Source of the DNA: Eledone cirrhosa
Taxonomy: Eukaryota
DNA length: 64,000 nt
Reading direction: 5' to 3'
Assembly (NCBI GenBank): GCA_964016885.1
Contig: OZ024743.1
Location: forward strand, 280,798,001 to 280,862,000
This document shows positions 15,673 to 30,132 of the stretch, one piece after another. The notes under the pieces were generated by a model. That model saw only the letters and a program-made list of their open reading frames with translations. It was not told the DNA's origin and ran no database searches. The position numbers were made by a program, and so were the translations under genes. Numbering within the stretch: the stretch's first letter is position 1; each line of letters starts with the position of its first letter.

Positions 15673-15979
15673 ATGATGAGCTGGCGAGAGGAGCGGGTAA
15701 GGATGGGCTCAGTGGTGGGGGCGGAGTAAGAGGTAGGGTGGAACTTAAGGCGCAAACCTCAGGGAATGAGGTGGCGGTGGAGACACGACATAAAAATGAG
15801 ATGTGACTGTTATATCTAGTTTTGGTGAAGATGAGGCTGGAGAGATGCACGGAGGATTGGATGCAAATAGGGGGAAGAGGTTGTAGGATGTGTTTAAGAG
15901 TGGAATGGAGCTGGCGGTGGGTACTGGGGTGAGAGAGAAATAGACGATTCTGTCCTGACCGTCCCTTCAATATTTCTAA

Positions 15980-16573
15980 CTAGCAGTGGTACCCGGCGTT
16001 GCACGAGATAAGGTATTGTGAAATATATATAATCGCCTTAGCTAAGCTTAGTATTGCCATAACCACGACTGGCAAAGAAGTAAGGGTCTGGTGATACGTA
16101 AGTAAGCAACACTGTGGCTTAAAATGTGAGGAAAAAGTTGTGTGCACTTACCAACTGGTTGGGGAATGAGTGTGAGATTTGTCTTGAGCAAGGGTGGCAA
16201 AATAACCGGAGGCAGCAGACAGCCAGACATACAGACAGATATTATAAGGGCGCGTTCTGGACGCGTAACGAATTGTAGGAAGTGGCGTAATGCAGACAGC
16301 CAGACATACAGACAGATATTATAAGTGCGTGACGTTATATGTATGTATCTAGCTAAAAAGAGAAAGACTAAGAATTATAGAGCGAGATCGCTAAATCGCC
16401 TAATGCGGTCCCTAGGGCATTGAAAATTTGAATTGTTTTGCTCAGAACACTCCCTGAAACATAAGTATTACATGTGTAAAGTTTAAAAACAGTCGGTTGG
16501 GTGCTTCTCTAGTTTTAGGGATTCAAACTCACACACACACACAGACAGACATCCCCAGTTTTATATATATAGA
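15980..16573 (-). mobile_element. Non-autonomous Helitron
   Basis: The minus strand starts TCTATATATATAAAA and ends with hairpin CTCGTGCAACGCCGGG...CTAG, inserted between A and T with no TSD. Homologous to 48715-49032 and 52715-52870. Confidence 0.8.
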
Positions 16574-16585
16574 TTTCTCATTCTT

Positions 16586-16620
16586 TCTGCTGATAAAGGA
16601 CTAGCGTCCGAAACGTCAAG
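16586..16620 (+). ncRNA. Minimal hammerhead-like motif, probably decayed
   Basis: CTGATAA-AGGAC-TAGC-GTCC-GAAA-CGTC-AAG. C3/A8 mismatch and poor stem I. Confidence 0.4.
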
Positions 16621-16935
16621 TCTCTCTTCCTGCTATTTCAAGTGTTAAACTAATATATTCCTTCCATTGATTTTGCGGTTTATTTAATTTAGATAAGAAA
16701 TACTTACACTGTACATGACACATGACAGACATACAGACATTGTGATTTACATAGAGAGAGATATTTACAAATGTATGAAAAGGGAATCGTACATTTTAAA
16801 AACTTTGAATGATACGAACTGATACCGACATATTTGATTTAGCAGCCTATCTAAATCAATTCGACAGTGTCTTCTTTAGAGGACAAACAGTACAAACTAA
16901 CATTGTGTAATATACATAAATGTGTATGTGTGTGG

Positions 16936-17032
<97 letters not shown>

Positions 17033-17562
17033 TGTGTGTGTGTGTGAAGAGAATTTGTTGTTTTTTTGTTCGATTGCTGTTTTTGTATTGTTTTCTATTC
17101 TCCTGCTTTCATATTTATACATGGGAGAAACCGTAGCATTACTAGGGAAGAAGGAATGGATAAAAAACGAAGTAACAAAAAATAATACAATACTTTATGA
17201 ATCAAAAGTAGTCATTACAATACTGACTTCCTTTTCACAAAATATAATCTTTATAACTTTTGTTTTCACTCATTCCATCGTTATTTAAGTGTGTTTGGAC
17301 ACACACGGACACACACACATAAACACACACACGCACACACGCGCGCGCGCACACACATGTATATATATATATATATATATAGGAGTTGTATATATATATA
17401 TATATATATATAGGAGTTGTATAAGAAATACGACATATTATATAATATACCTTGAATATCATGTCGGTGGTGTTGAAGTATATTTGTGTGTGTGTGCTTA
17501 AATGTGTCTGTCTGTATGTATGTGTTATATATGTTTTGATGAAAAATTTCGTCTGAGTCTAA

Positions 17563-17689
<127 letters not shown>

Positions 17690-18228
17690 GGTGTGCGTGT
17701 ATGTGTACGTGTATGCTTGTGTGGTAAAGTGAGAATAGAGAGATCGTATGCGTGTATATAATATACCATCTTTCGATTTAGATATTTTGAAATAAAAAAT
17801 GAGTTGCAAAGCAAAATACGGTAAATAACCACAAATAATCAAAAACCCTCAATCTAAACATGAATAATGGATAAAAAGGATTATAAATAAAATACAATGA
17901 AAACAGAGAAAAATATCGTAATAGAAAAAACATATATTTCTGCGTGAAACAGCGACAGGCCGGTGTTCAATATAAATTGTCCCCTCAAGATATAATTCCT
18001 GGAGAATATTGATTTTAATCTGTGGGCCTACTTCCAGTAATCTTCTTTCAAAACCAAGAACTAATTTTGGGTTTATATCAGCAGTTTATGGTATAATTTA
18101 GCATTACCCCCGGGGGTAACGCTGAGACACCGTATCGGCTGCCAACTTGGGGAAAAGAAGAAAAAGAAACAGTACAAAACGATACTGAAAGTAAAAGGAA
18201 AGTAAATTGAAAATATCAATAATAATGA

Positions 18229-18280
<52 letters not shown>

Positions 18281-19300
18281 TAGGGTATGTGTATATTACC
18301 AGCTACACTATAGTTTTCTTCACTTTCTTTATTAATATTCTTGATAGCTATTTTATTTCATATTTCATATAAGTTATTGTGTTTATGTGAAAAATTATAT
18401 ATATATGCATGCATGTATGTATGTATGTATATATATATATATAGAGAGAGAGAGAGGGGGGGTGAGTGTGTGAGAGAGAGAGAGGGGGTAGAAAAAATGA
18501 TGCATGAAATACGTATATGCATATGTATGCATATAAACGTATATTTACATTTATATGGAAACGTACATATATATATTTGTGTATTTTTCTATACATATGA
18601 ATGTGTATCTATCTATCCATCCATATATATATATTCATATATATATGTGTGTGTGTAGGTAGGTTATGCGAGTACGCATATATGCACTACGTACTTATAT
18701 ATATATATATATAAAGCATTAATGGTGTCGATTGAATTTACTGACTTGAGATCCCAATGAATAACTATATATGAACAAGCTGTGGCTATGCCTAACATTA
18801 TTTCTCACCTAACCCTGAATATATACTTGAAAATATAGTTTTGGTCATCGCAAAGCGATTGCTGCATTTATCTTTTATATGTATTAATAATGAAATATGA
18901 TGAGAGATGGAAAAATGTAGAGGAAGATGGAAAGGGCTTTTTTTTATCAAATATTACACTTACGAATAACGTACGCCACCAACCTCCAATGTGATAAAGA
19001 TTTCCTATTATATACTGTATTTTGAGTTATACATGTACCATTCATGACAGCATGCCAAGCATACAATATCATGTTATAGTAAATAGCCCTTACCGTTAAT
19101 GTAGGAAGTGCCCTATATATGAATGTAACTATGCATTCATCTGTATGTGTGTGATTGAGTGTATGCGTGTATGCATGTATGTATGTTTGCATATATATAT
19201 ATATATGTGTGTATGTGTGTGTGAGTGTACATGTATATATATATATATATACATGTATGACATATATGTGTATATATATATATATATATATTTATTTATT

Positions 19301-19352
<52 letters not shown>

Positions 19353-19356
<4 letters not shown>

Positions 19357-20675
19357 AACAAGTATAACCCCGACGGCAGAGCTCGAGCCGTTTCGACGGC
19401 TATTTCTGGACTAAATAAGAATTTTTAGCCTGGTAAATAAATAGCCGAACTTCTCAGGTGGTATTTCCTTATATGGGAAAATAGTAATTGTCAAGAGGAT
19501 TGGTCAAAAATGTGTTGTAAAGACAGATAAATCTATCATGGCATTTGATGGGAGGTAGGGGTGGCTGAAGTTGCCGGTAGAACAAAGAGTGAGTGGGGGA
19601 AACCCAGTCAGGCGTTGAAAGTGAGATCTATACAGCAGATTCTAAGGATAGTGTATAAAAGGTCGAAAAAGGTGTGCTGGAGAAGAGGAGGGGGGTTGAA
19701 AGAATAGGTAAATCGAAAGGGAGTAAAAAATAAAAAAAAAACATTATAAAACTAAGGGAATAAATATATAAAAACAATTTCTGGTTACTACTCCATTTTT
19801 ACAATCATCAAATTTCTCATTGGTATTGCTAAGCTATAGAAAAGTTTAATAGGTGGAGAATGGGAAAAACACTAAATACGAGATTGTAGTGAAAGAATTT
19901 TATAAAGCCGGCTTTACAGGGGGTCTAACACCACTGCTATAGATAGTTAGTAATCAGCCAATGCTATCTTACAATGACAGGTTAATAAGTTGAGAACAAA
20001 AATACTAAAATACTAATACAAAAATACTAATACAAAAATACTAATACAAAAATACCACTAAGAAATTTAGAAACCATAGAAATGGAGCAGCAACCAGAAA
20101 GAAAATAATTTACTGGGGTCTAACACATCTGCTATAAAAAGCGTAATTGGCCAATTCTATCTTAAAATTAGGGGGGAGGGGGTACTGAGGCTTCAGAGGA
20201 CTGATGGGCTGCATCGGGGTAGGCGAAAGGTGAAAAAAAGACGAGGAAGGAGATCTGGGGTGGAAGGACTAGGAAGAGATGGGGGAAAGAAGGAAACATA
20301 AAGGAAAAGATAAAAAAGTTACGGCTACCTTTGTAAGCAGGGGTTTCCCCTTACAAAATCGGCAAGTGGGGGGTATAGATACCACACCCTCTTTGTTCTA
20401 CCGGCAAGTTCAGTCACACCTACCTCCCACCAAATGCCATAGATTTATCTGTCTTTACAACAAATTTTTTACCAATCTTCCCATATAAGGAAATACCCCC
20501 TGAGAAGTTCGGCTATTTATTTACCAGACTAAAAATTCTTATAGTCCAGAAATAGCCGTCGAAACGGCTTGAGCTCTGCCGTCGGGGTCATACTTGTTCC
20601 TATTACACTCTACTACCCTAAGTATTGAGTACTTTGGTGCGTTATGGTCCATCTGGTTCCTTACCACAATTCCTT

Positions 20676-20680
<5 letters not shown>
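19353..20680. mobile_element. Penelope-type non-coding element with about 210-240 bp inverted arms, each carrying a hammerhead-like fold
   Basis: 19353-19590 is the reverse complement of 20391-20602, with indels. Both outer ends abut (TA)n. Confidence 0.7.
20495..20588 (+). ncRNA. Hammerhead-like motif with CUGAGAA core and extended stem III (second copy at 19367-19462, minus strand)
   Basis: ACCCC-CTGAGAA-GTTCGGCTATTT..AAATAGCCGTC-GAAA-CGGC-TTGAGCTCT-GCCG-TC-GGGGT. Confidence 0.6.
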
Positions 20681-20735
<55 letters not shown>

Positions 20736-20845
20736 AGGGAGTGTAACTTGGAGTTACTGTAGGTTCACCCGGGTGAGCACTCGATGTTTCGGTTCACTTC
20801 AGTGTCGAGGTGTAGAGCTATACAGAGTGTATTAACATTACAAAG

Positions 20846-20930
20846 GGTCTGACGAGCCGCGGATTACAGTGTCAGGTCAGATCGATACAGATCGAATCTT
20901 GAGCGGGTCAGTGGCGAAACGCGTGTCACC
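20846..20930 (+). ncRNA. Type I hammerhead ribozyme motif with canonical core
   Basis: GGT-CTGACGA-GCCGC...GTGGC-GAAA-CGCGTG-TC-ACC. GUC cleavage site and palindromic ACGCGT. Confidence 0.75.
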
Positions 20931-21141
20931 AAACAATAAACGTAATGAAGGAGTAACCAACCGTCCTTGTTATCTTATTTAACTATATATATATATATAT
21001 ATTAGGTATAGGATTATCCAGGATGTAGTGATGGTTAATTACTACACTGGATATGGTTGACGTACGGTGAGAGGTTACTCTACGAGTTATGGAAGAATTG
21101 TTCAAGAAACTTAGTTCCTGATCCTTCAGTATTCCGGAGTG

Positions 21142-21491
21142 TATATAAAGAATGAATAATAACAGGTAGACATCATAAAAAGGTAGTTTATTCCGTGTGC
21201 TTACAAGTGTTTCCACGGTGGTGCTGCAGCCTAGTTCCGCTACGTGCAAATTCACAAGTATTTGCAGAACTCGAATATCCAATGCTGTGACCACTGTTTC
21301 CTCAGAGCAGCATTCTGCTCTGAGGAGAATGCTGCTCTGAGGAAACAGTGGTCACAGCATTGGATATTCGAGTTCTGCAAATACTTGTGAATTTGCACGT
21401 AGCGGAACTAGGCTGTAGTACCACCGTGGAAACACTTGTAAGCACACGGAATAAACTACCTTTTTATGATGTCTACCTGTTATTATTCATT

Positions 21492-21500
<9 letters not shown>
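21142..21500. repeat. Near-perfect inverted repeat (about 175-bp arms) with a hammerhead in each arm
   Basis: Arms 21142-21316 and 21326-21500; spacer GCTCTGAGG. Confidence 0.9.
21333..21444 (+). ncRNA. Type I hammerhead with about 85-nt stem II domain (mirror copy at 21198-21309, minus strand)
   Basis: TGCT-CTGAGGA-AACAGTGGT...ACCACCGTG-GAAA-CACTTG-TA-AGCA. Confidence 0.7.
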
Positions 21501-21522
<22 letters not shown>

Positions 21523-22360
21523 CGTATGTGGTTAACGGCTGAGAGAAAAGAGTTATCAATCTAGGAGTAGAGTTTTAATATTCATTTTATTAAGGCTAAA
21601 TAATGAGTCTTGTTACTCTGGAGTTTCGCCTTTTTATGAAAAGGCGAAACATTCACTATTTAACCTTACTAAAATGAATATGTATATGTATATATATATA
21701 CATTGGTAAACGGAATAGAAAATGCTGACAAATTGTTCACAGTGAAAAATAGTTTAATTAGGAATAAGTGAGAATTAGTAATGGTATTGGTTAGTATTAA
21801 GTTTTGGTTTTAAGTTTTACCGGTTGCGCATTTCTAATGCTTTTCAAAAATAATTTTGAGATAGAGCGTCCGTGATGTTTGCTCTGATATATATATATAT
21901 ATGTGTGTGTGTGTGTATGTATATGTAAAAAGCAAATTAAATAGATTCAAATCAGTTCAGGTGGCTGTGTATTCCACAGAATCTAGTATTCATAATGTAA
22001 TGCTCGTTCACAGAATTATCCTGAGACAGTGTTGCACCTATATTCCTTGGGTCGAACTAAAACTATCCGAAATGATATTAGCCAAAGATTCCACGCAGCC
22101 GAAGACTTGAAGATTGAAATCTTGACAGTGAAATATCTCAAACAGACATTGATTTACACACACAGACATACACACACATACACATACACACACAACCACC
22201 ACCACCACTACACCACATACCACACTCATACTCATACACATATGTGCACCTATACACCCTCACACATATATACACCCACACACATATACACACAAACTCA
22301 CAAGTTGTAAACTTTTAGAAAGCCGTGAAGTATTCAATTCACTATATTACGCAGTGGATG

Positions 22361-22400
<40 letters not shown>

Positions 22401-22415
22401 AGAGAGAAGAGTGAG

Positions 22416-22473
<58 letters not shown>

Positions 22474-22857
22474 TGTGAGTATAAATGGGCTGCAGGTGAA
22501 CATAAATACAATAATTGGCAAAGATACACTCACCAACACTTTGACTTTCACAACAACCTACGTCATGTATAAGTATCTATTTGCTGTGCTCCAAGTGAAG
22601 TATTTATCTGATTGAATTGGAAAATGATTCCATGTTTGTCTCATGCATAGCTGCGTATACGTGTGTGTGTATTCGTGGCGTATGCATACATGTGTAGTGT
22701 GCGTGCGTACGAGTTTTTGCAGATGTTCGTATTTACGAATCTAAGTAGCTGATATGCAAAACGTCGTCCATATCAGAATGTTGAATATAGCCTTTCGTAG
22801 ATATTTCCTCTCAAAATGATAGCTGTGTTGTTGTTTATTTGTTTTAGCATATATAGC

Positions 22858-22955
<98 letters not shown>

Positions 22956-23149
22956 AATTATTAGAATTATTCCATTCCAAGCAGATATGTCCGGTTTTCA
23001 ACAGCACTTTAGCTATATTTCTAGCATTAGTTGTGATGGGCCGAAAAGTTAGTGTGTTGCGAGAATATGAAATTAGGGGATGAGATAACATGAACAGTGA
23101 ATTGTTGTACAAGGAGCAAATCGTCTGGTTTGGGTGTTTTACTCCACGA

Positions 23150-24050
23150 GATTTGGTAGTGGTAACACTACGTATGTCAAGATTATTTGAGCCAAGGTTC
23201 TCGTGAAGAGAGTGGCGTTTATCGTCAACAGTCTAGTCGGGAGCGAGTAGACCTGCCTGCTTCACGACAACCCATACAACATGAAATACATCGGAAAGGA
23301 GCTGGGTCATAAACTTTGGTGGGGCTCTGTCGTATTTAGATAATGCCATCGATAGAGTCGAATGTTTGGTTGAGTGTTTAGCGAAACTACTCATTGCAGC
23401 CAATTTGGGTATCGTTTACACATGGTGGATCGATTCAGTGTTCTGCGGCATCAACTCATTTGATAGAGTAAATGACCTTCTATCTAAAAGCTGTGGTGAA
23501 GTATACAAACGCTGTCACCGTACTTATGTCTAACACGGCGTGAATCGGGTTGATCGGCACCGTAATGAATAAATATGAAGTGGTAAAAAGGAGCATGTAT
23601 TAACCAAGACAAGCAAATGCCGGCAACTGACGAAGGTCACTTCATCAATTCTCGAGGAATTTGAATGTTGTTAGGAGCAACGTGTCAGTCTGACCCAGAA
23701 ATGTGCTAAAAGCCGGTTGAGATTGGCCAATGAGTGTATCTTATCCGTCTAACCGCCCACATGTCCTGCCTTGTCCTAGTTTTCAGATGATCAGGTTAGA
23801 AGTCTGATTTTTTATTTGTTGTAAAAGGGACTTATTCTTTCGTTCAGAAGGTTCATCTTCATCTAACAACTGCGTGGAGAGCGTGGTCTAACATAATTGA
23901 TAGTGCATAAAATGTTCTGAGGCTGCAACATTTGAAAAGAATACTGGTTGATGGATTGCTCTTTCGGCAGCTCATCTCTCTGCCATTTGCGATCTGGAAT
24001 ATTGTCAGGAGCTCATAGTTTTCTACCATTTTGGCAACACGGCTGATACT
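23150..24050 (-). mobile_element. Highly degenerate Tc1/mariner-like transposase remnant
   Basis: Minus-strand fragments RPRS, KYGDSV, YDRAP and VVWVVVKQ occur in the order of the Tc1 motifs GRPR, KHGGGSV, QDNAP and ENVW. Many stops and frameshifts. Confidence 0.3.
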
Positions 24051-25032
24051 AATTTCTATTGAGGGTTAGTGGTGAGCAAATGTGACGGCGTTATCTGGGA
24101 CGTTCTAGCGACGATCCGGATCATCTGAACAACCTATTTCAGAAGAAGTGCATGCTTGATATAGCCTTTCATTTCTCCTAGTAGGATAAAGTATGTACCA
24201 GTAACACACTGACGATTATTCTTACTTTTTTATTTAAAAATAAATGGATTAAAATTAAAAATAAGAACTATCAAGTAAGTAAATCCTTTTTGATTAAGAT
24301 GTCGGTAGCTATCGAAAATATAGTGAATGTACTTTAATTTCACTTCTCTTTGTAAGATACCTGCATATGGGAAGAAGCTATACTTAAATCATACGCAACA
24401 GACTGCTTATAAAAGAAAAGAAGTCGATAAATCTCCTTAGAAGATCTTAATATGAATTGTCGGTAATTATCGTGAGGAGAGATCGTTGTAAAATATCCCT
24501 GTAAGATAAATTTCAGTTTTTCTCCATGTTCGATTGGATGGCAATCTTGACTTTGTATGTGAGAAGTAAATTGCAACAGTGAAAGGATGGTAGAATATGT
24601 TGCTAAAGAGCCTGAAGTCCTGTGAGATTCGGTCAGTTATAAGAGCAACTCGCACCAAATTAACAATACTAGAATACGATGCGTATACAACTGTGGCATT
24701 GATAATGTAATGGACTAGAAAAGATACGTCTTACAAGAGGTGGAAATTAGCCTTGAGAGGGAGAAAAACCAGAAAAGAGGGCAATATTATAAAAACATGA
24801 CACTTCTTAGTGGTAGCAATTGTAAATAATGCAAGGAAAATTATTGAAACTGAGAAAATGACTTGTGGGGAGCTAACAGCTATAATCTTAGCTATTGCGT
24901 ATACACGCAATGTACTGTATAGATAAGGTTTTTACTGTATGTGTATTTCTGTTTATATATACCTGACCGGAAATATATAATACATTTATATATAATACAT
25001 ACACACTCAAATATATATCTACATATATATAT

Positions 25033-25103
<71 letters not shown>

Positions 25104-26270
25104 TGTGTGTGGTGGTGGACAGTCACAAAAGTCTTGAGAACACTATATTGCGTGCGTTTATAATAGTTAACATGATAGCTGTAACTTCCTCATAAATAAT
25201 TTCCTCATTTATAATAATATATATATACATGTGTGTGTGTGTGTGTGTGTAAATGTATGGGCAAATGTGTGTGGGAACAGTTTAACATCTAAATATATTG
25301 GTAACAATAACATTTATATGTATAGATAGATATTATAATGCATATCCTTACGAGACTCCAGACTTTGAAATATATAAGTATATATACAAAGGTTTCATGC
25401 GTTGAATACAATCAGTAAAGAAAGGTATGTGACGTGTCTAAATTATAATAGCATATATTTGCACCTTTATAACATCCGTCATCTATGCCTGGATAAAAAC
25501 ACAAGTAATAAAAAAATCAGTTTACTGTATAATAATTATAATTCCTCATCCTTGAAATTCAGACAACATTTCTTGATAAAGTACAGTATTTCATCATGTT
25601 AGTTCATTAACATTTACTTTCCGATAAATACTGTAAGTATGCATATATCTATGGAGTGTTTAACGTTTCCTTCGTTCTGCTTCATAGAAACGATCAATGT
25701 ATAGCCCAAGACAACAAAATATTACAATAAATTAAAATAATACTTAAATAGATTGCTTAATGTTTCACACAATAGTCCGTTGTCTGAAAGGAAAACTTTC
25801 AAATAACAGGATATCGTTATGTGAAAATGAAAGGACAGCAAACAATAACAAATGGCAACTATTAGAACAAGATACCTGATGATTAAGGCTTGAGCGAAGT
25901 TGGAAAGGGACTATATGTAGGGCGATAGTATGGATGGCGTGAAGACTTGTGTGCTGATGCTTGTGTATGTGTTAGCATATAATATACCGCATTTTATATT
26001 CCATTCTGCATAATCATTCGAAAGTCTGAAACGAGAAAATCGAATTAACGGTTTGCAGGGTTTTGAATTCCAATAAATTATACCACTCAACAGTGTTGAG
26101 TACTACTCTCATTTTATTTATCAAGTTGAGCTTTACATGCATAATATATAAATATATATACATATATGTATGTGTATATATATATATACATATATAAATA
26201 TATATACATATATATATATATATATACATATATAAATATATATACATATATAAATATATATACATATATG

Positions 26271-26340
<70 letters not shown>

Positions 26341-26399
26341 TGTATATATATTTATATATTATACATGTAAAGCTCAACTTGACAAATTAAAGATAATAT

Positions 26400-28116
26400 C
26401 CCTAAAAAATGTTTACTATCCATGAGAAAAACTTCCCGCCAAACCATAAATACCATCAAATTTTAAATAGATCAACTGTCAAATTTTCCTACTCCACTAC
26501 CAAAAATATACAACAAAATATAAGTGCGTACAACGCATATAAATGTAAAAAAAAACCCACGAATATACCACCAACACATCAAACCAACCATAATACTAAA
26601 ATAAACCGCAACAAACCACCATCTCCTTCACATATAACAAGTCAAGTAAATTCCACACCAAATTTGACTAACTCCCCTGATATAATATTCACGAATGGTT
26701 GTAACTGTAGAAACAAAAGAAATTTCCCATTAAAGGGAAATTGTCTTATTAATAACATAGTCTATAAATGTAAAATTAGCACTAAGGACTCCACTTATTC
26801 ATATATAGGAGCTACGTCTAACCAATTTAAAGTAAGATTTAATATCCACAAACAGTTTTTAAAATGCCGCATTAGCTAATACAACATCCTTGGCTGAAAC
26901 AATTAATAATTATAGAAAAAAGAATATCGATTACAACCTGACCTGGAGTGTGCTCAAAAGGGCCACCCCATATCAAAATAACAGATATGAGTGTAGTTTA
27001 TGCTCCCGGGAACTTTTTGAAATAATGAAATCTAAGGATTAAATCTATTACATAAGAGACAAGAATTAATTATATCTTGCAATCATAGAATTAGAAGAAC
27101 CTTCAAATATTATAAACCTAATTAATATACACCTTACACTTATATTTTACATATTATTATAATTAGTTTTTTTAATTTACTATAATTAGTACTTAACTAC
27201 AGAGAACTTCATAATTTTATTTCCCTTTTACAGCTCTCCTTTCCTAAAATTAATACCTAAAAGTATACATATAAATTAATTTAATTTCCTGTTATGAATC
27301 TAGATTCCTTGTGGTTTATATAAGATTTGTATTTCTCACTACTACGTTTTTTAACAACATTGTTTAATAGCATCTAATTCTTATTTATCACATCCATATG
27401 AATTAATATAAATTTATCCCTATAAGTATACCTATCAATTAATTTAATTTCTTGTTATAGATCTAGATTCCTTGTGGTTTAAATAAGATTGGTATTTCTC
27501 ACTAATACCCTTACTCTAAAATTTTACTTTCCTTTGTTTTTAACATTATTCTTTAATAACATCAAATTTTCGTGTACCCTTAACCGGCTTGATTCTTTTC
27601 ATCCCCAAAAGTATTCTTTTCATTCAAAGTATTCTTCCCATTCAAAATATAAGTCTGCATTCCTCTGCCCCTAAATTAAATTTCTACTACTACTATTCTA
27701 TCAACTTGACCTCTTACTACTTTTCTATTGGTCAATTCAAAACCTGTTCCCAATCAGACCTATTATATTAAATCTTTGTTAGTTTTTTTCAATAAAGAAA
27801 TCTCATCATTTCTGAAGACAGCATATATATGTGAAGGTATGTATATTTCCTCTGATAGTTTGTAATATTTTTACATAGATCTATATAATATACATACCAA
27901 GACACATATATATCCTAGAAACGATCGTAAAATAATGAATTTGTTAATATAAGGAACTTGTTTTTGTTTTTATTCATTGTTTTTATTAATTTATCTTGAC
28001 TCTGTTTTCCTATGATTTTCATCGAAAATTTTTGAATGCATCTTCTTTTCATGATATTTGGATTACACTGAGTTCTTCATACAGATTGGACACTACCGTA
28101 TATTTTGGTAGATTTA

Positions 28117-28118
<2 letters not shown>
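26400..28118 (+). mobile_element. 5'-truncated Penelope-like retroelement (Naiad-type): thumb, Cys linker, GIY-YIG endonuclease, 3' UTR with hammerhead
   Basis: ORF 26409-26879 reads FPPNHKYHQILNRSTVKFSYS..CNCRNKRNFPLKGNC..NIVYKC..YIGATSNQFKVRF. After a frameshift it continues to CSLC..E..CNH at about 27120. Ends in (TA)n. Confidence 0.85.
27808..27933 (+). ncRNA. Type I hammerhead with about 100-nt stem II domain
   Basis: ATTT-CTGAAGA-CAGCATATATATGTG...CACATATATATCCTA-GAAA-CGATCG-TA-AAAT. Palindromic stem III ACGATCGT. Confidence 0.75.
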
Positions 28119-28170
<52 letters not shown>

Positions 28171-28173
<3 letters not shown>

Positions 28174-29073
28174 GGGAGTGTAAACACAGAAAATATCTTT
28201 TAAAATATTAATAAATAATTAAATTCCAAAAGATTCACTGTACTTACTATATGTGCCTTTACCGCGGTTTCAGATCCCAAATAAATAGACAATCCAAGTG
28301 GATTTCCATTGAGAAAGAGATCATCGTCAGAAGGCTTTTCTCTCTCGAAGAATATAAAATTCCCGAGTTCAAATTACAAACTGGCGCCATACCAAACTGC
28401 CTCAGAATGAATCAGTTATGGTTAGGAACGCGTGGAAAGGCGAAAGCACGTTGGACTGGTCAATCTAATGCTACTAAAAATAGCAGCTATACGAACGACC
28501 GAAGGTGTCTCTACCATTGGGGAGAATAATAATAATAATAAAAGTATGTGTCCTATATGTAATTAATACATACAGGGATACAAGTATAATCCGTATGCCA
28601 GTGTGGTTCAATAGCAAGTTAATACATTAACAAGCCAGAACATATAAAATCAAGGGAGTGTAAACACAGAAAATATCTTTAAAAATAATAATAAATAATT
28701 AAACGCGTTCCTAACCATAACTGATTCATTCTGAGGCAGTTTGGTATGGCGCCAGTTTGTAATTTGAACTCGGGAATTTTATATTCTCCGAGAGAGAAAA
28801 GCCCTCTGACGATGATCTCTTTCTCAATGGAATTTCACTTGGATTGTCTATTTATTTGGGATCTGAAACCGCGGTAAAGGCACATATAGTAAGTACAGTG
28901 AATTTTTTGGAATTTAATTATTTATTATTATTTTTTAAGATATTTTCTGTTTACACTCCCTTGATTTTATATGTTCTGGCTTGTTAATGTATTAACTTGC
29001 TATTGAAACACACTGGCATACGGATTATACTTGTATCCCTGTATGTATTAATTACATATAGGACACATACTTT

Positions 29074-29078
<5 letters not shown>
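28171..29078. mobile_element. Compound inverted Penelope-type terminal-repeat structure with two hammerheads
   Basis: 28172-28432 is inverted relative to 28704-28962, and 28533-28703 relative to about 28913-29078. (TA)n on both sides. Confidence 0.8.
28255..28335 (-). ncRNA. Type I hammerhead with canonical core (mirror copy at 28801-28881, plus strand)
   Basis: GCCTT-CTGACGA-TGATCTC...GGGATCT-GAAA-CCGCGG-TA-AAGGC. Palindromic ACCGCGGT. Confidence 0.8.
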
Positions 29079-29139
<61 letters not shown>

Positions 29140-29141
<2 letters not shown>

Positions 29142-30132
29142 TATTTATTAAAATAACAGATTAAAGTTTAAGCAAAGAATCGCTGCTTTCACCCTTAACG
29201 GGATCTTCTGAAATTAACAAAGTCAATCTGTAAACGCAGAAGTGGATATTTCAAAAAACGTTGCAACCGGAGGAAGACAGGAAGACGATAATTAGGTTCG
29301 TGGAAACGTTCGCTATGCAAATAAGTAATGGTATAAACAAAACATAAACTTAGCTCCCACATCAAGACGTAAAATATCCACGTATAGATCGTACTATCCG
29401 TTAGAGTATAACGTGGGGCTGTAATACAGGAAAGTTTTGTGCAATTTATGTCTCAGATTTGCCTCAGATATTTTGTTTAAGATGTGGTCTGTGGCGTAGA
29501 GTATTTCCAAGGCCTCAGCGGCGCAGAGGTCACATGGTCTTTTATTTCCGTTATACGATCTAGCCCTAGCTAGGATCTCCCAGTGTAACTTATATTGGGT
29601 GTGGTTGTCTTTTAGACTCCAGATATAAGCTGAAAGTGACGTCATATTCCTTCTTAGAGGGTAACGAAAAGAATGGGTATGCGTGTAAAGACGCTGCTTG
29701 AATCTATTGGCAGTTAACCCTATGTAGGCCCTACGGGACGTGGGTGTTTCAACCTTACATTTGTAGACAATGTTACTAGAGAGGCATTTTCCGAATAGGG
29801 GGCAATCAACCCGATTCCTACAATTACAGTTAGTACTAACTACAGGGTTGCACGTGTTCCTACGGCTAGGTAGTTTAGCTAAATTTGAAGCTGTGATGTT
29901 ATGTGCAAGGTTAGGAGTCGTAGAGTAAGAAATTTTAATAGTATTTCTATTAAAAATTTTACTATATTTAGGTGTAGGGGGAAAATGCTTCGTAATAAGG
30001 GAAAGAAAGATCTTAGCTAATGGTGTGGCCACCTCCATATTATATGGTGAGTTATACCAACAAATGCGACGGGATCTATTTCTTCTAGGTCTATTTTCGT
30101 ACTCTGTATATGCTACCTTATCGACAAATCCA

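Noticed and set aside
17956-18133. Possible Tc1/mariner MITE (CGGTGTTCA...TGAGACACCG)
   Set aside because: The terminal match is too short and imperfect, and there is a single copy.
25876-25915. CTGATGA...GAAA as a hammerhead
   Set aside because: No convincing stems I-III or cleavage triplet.
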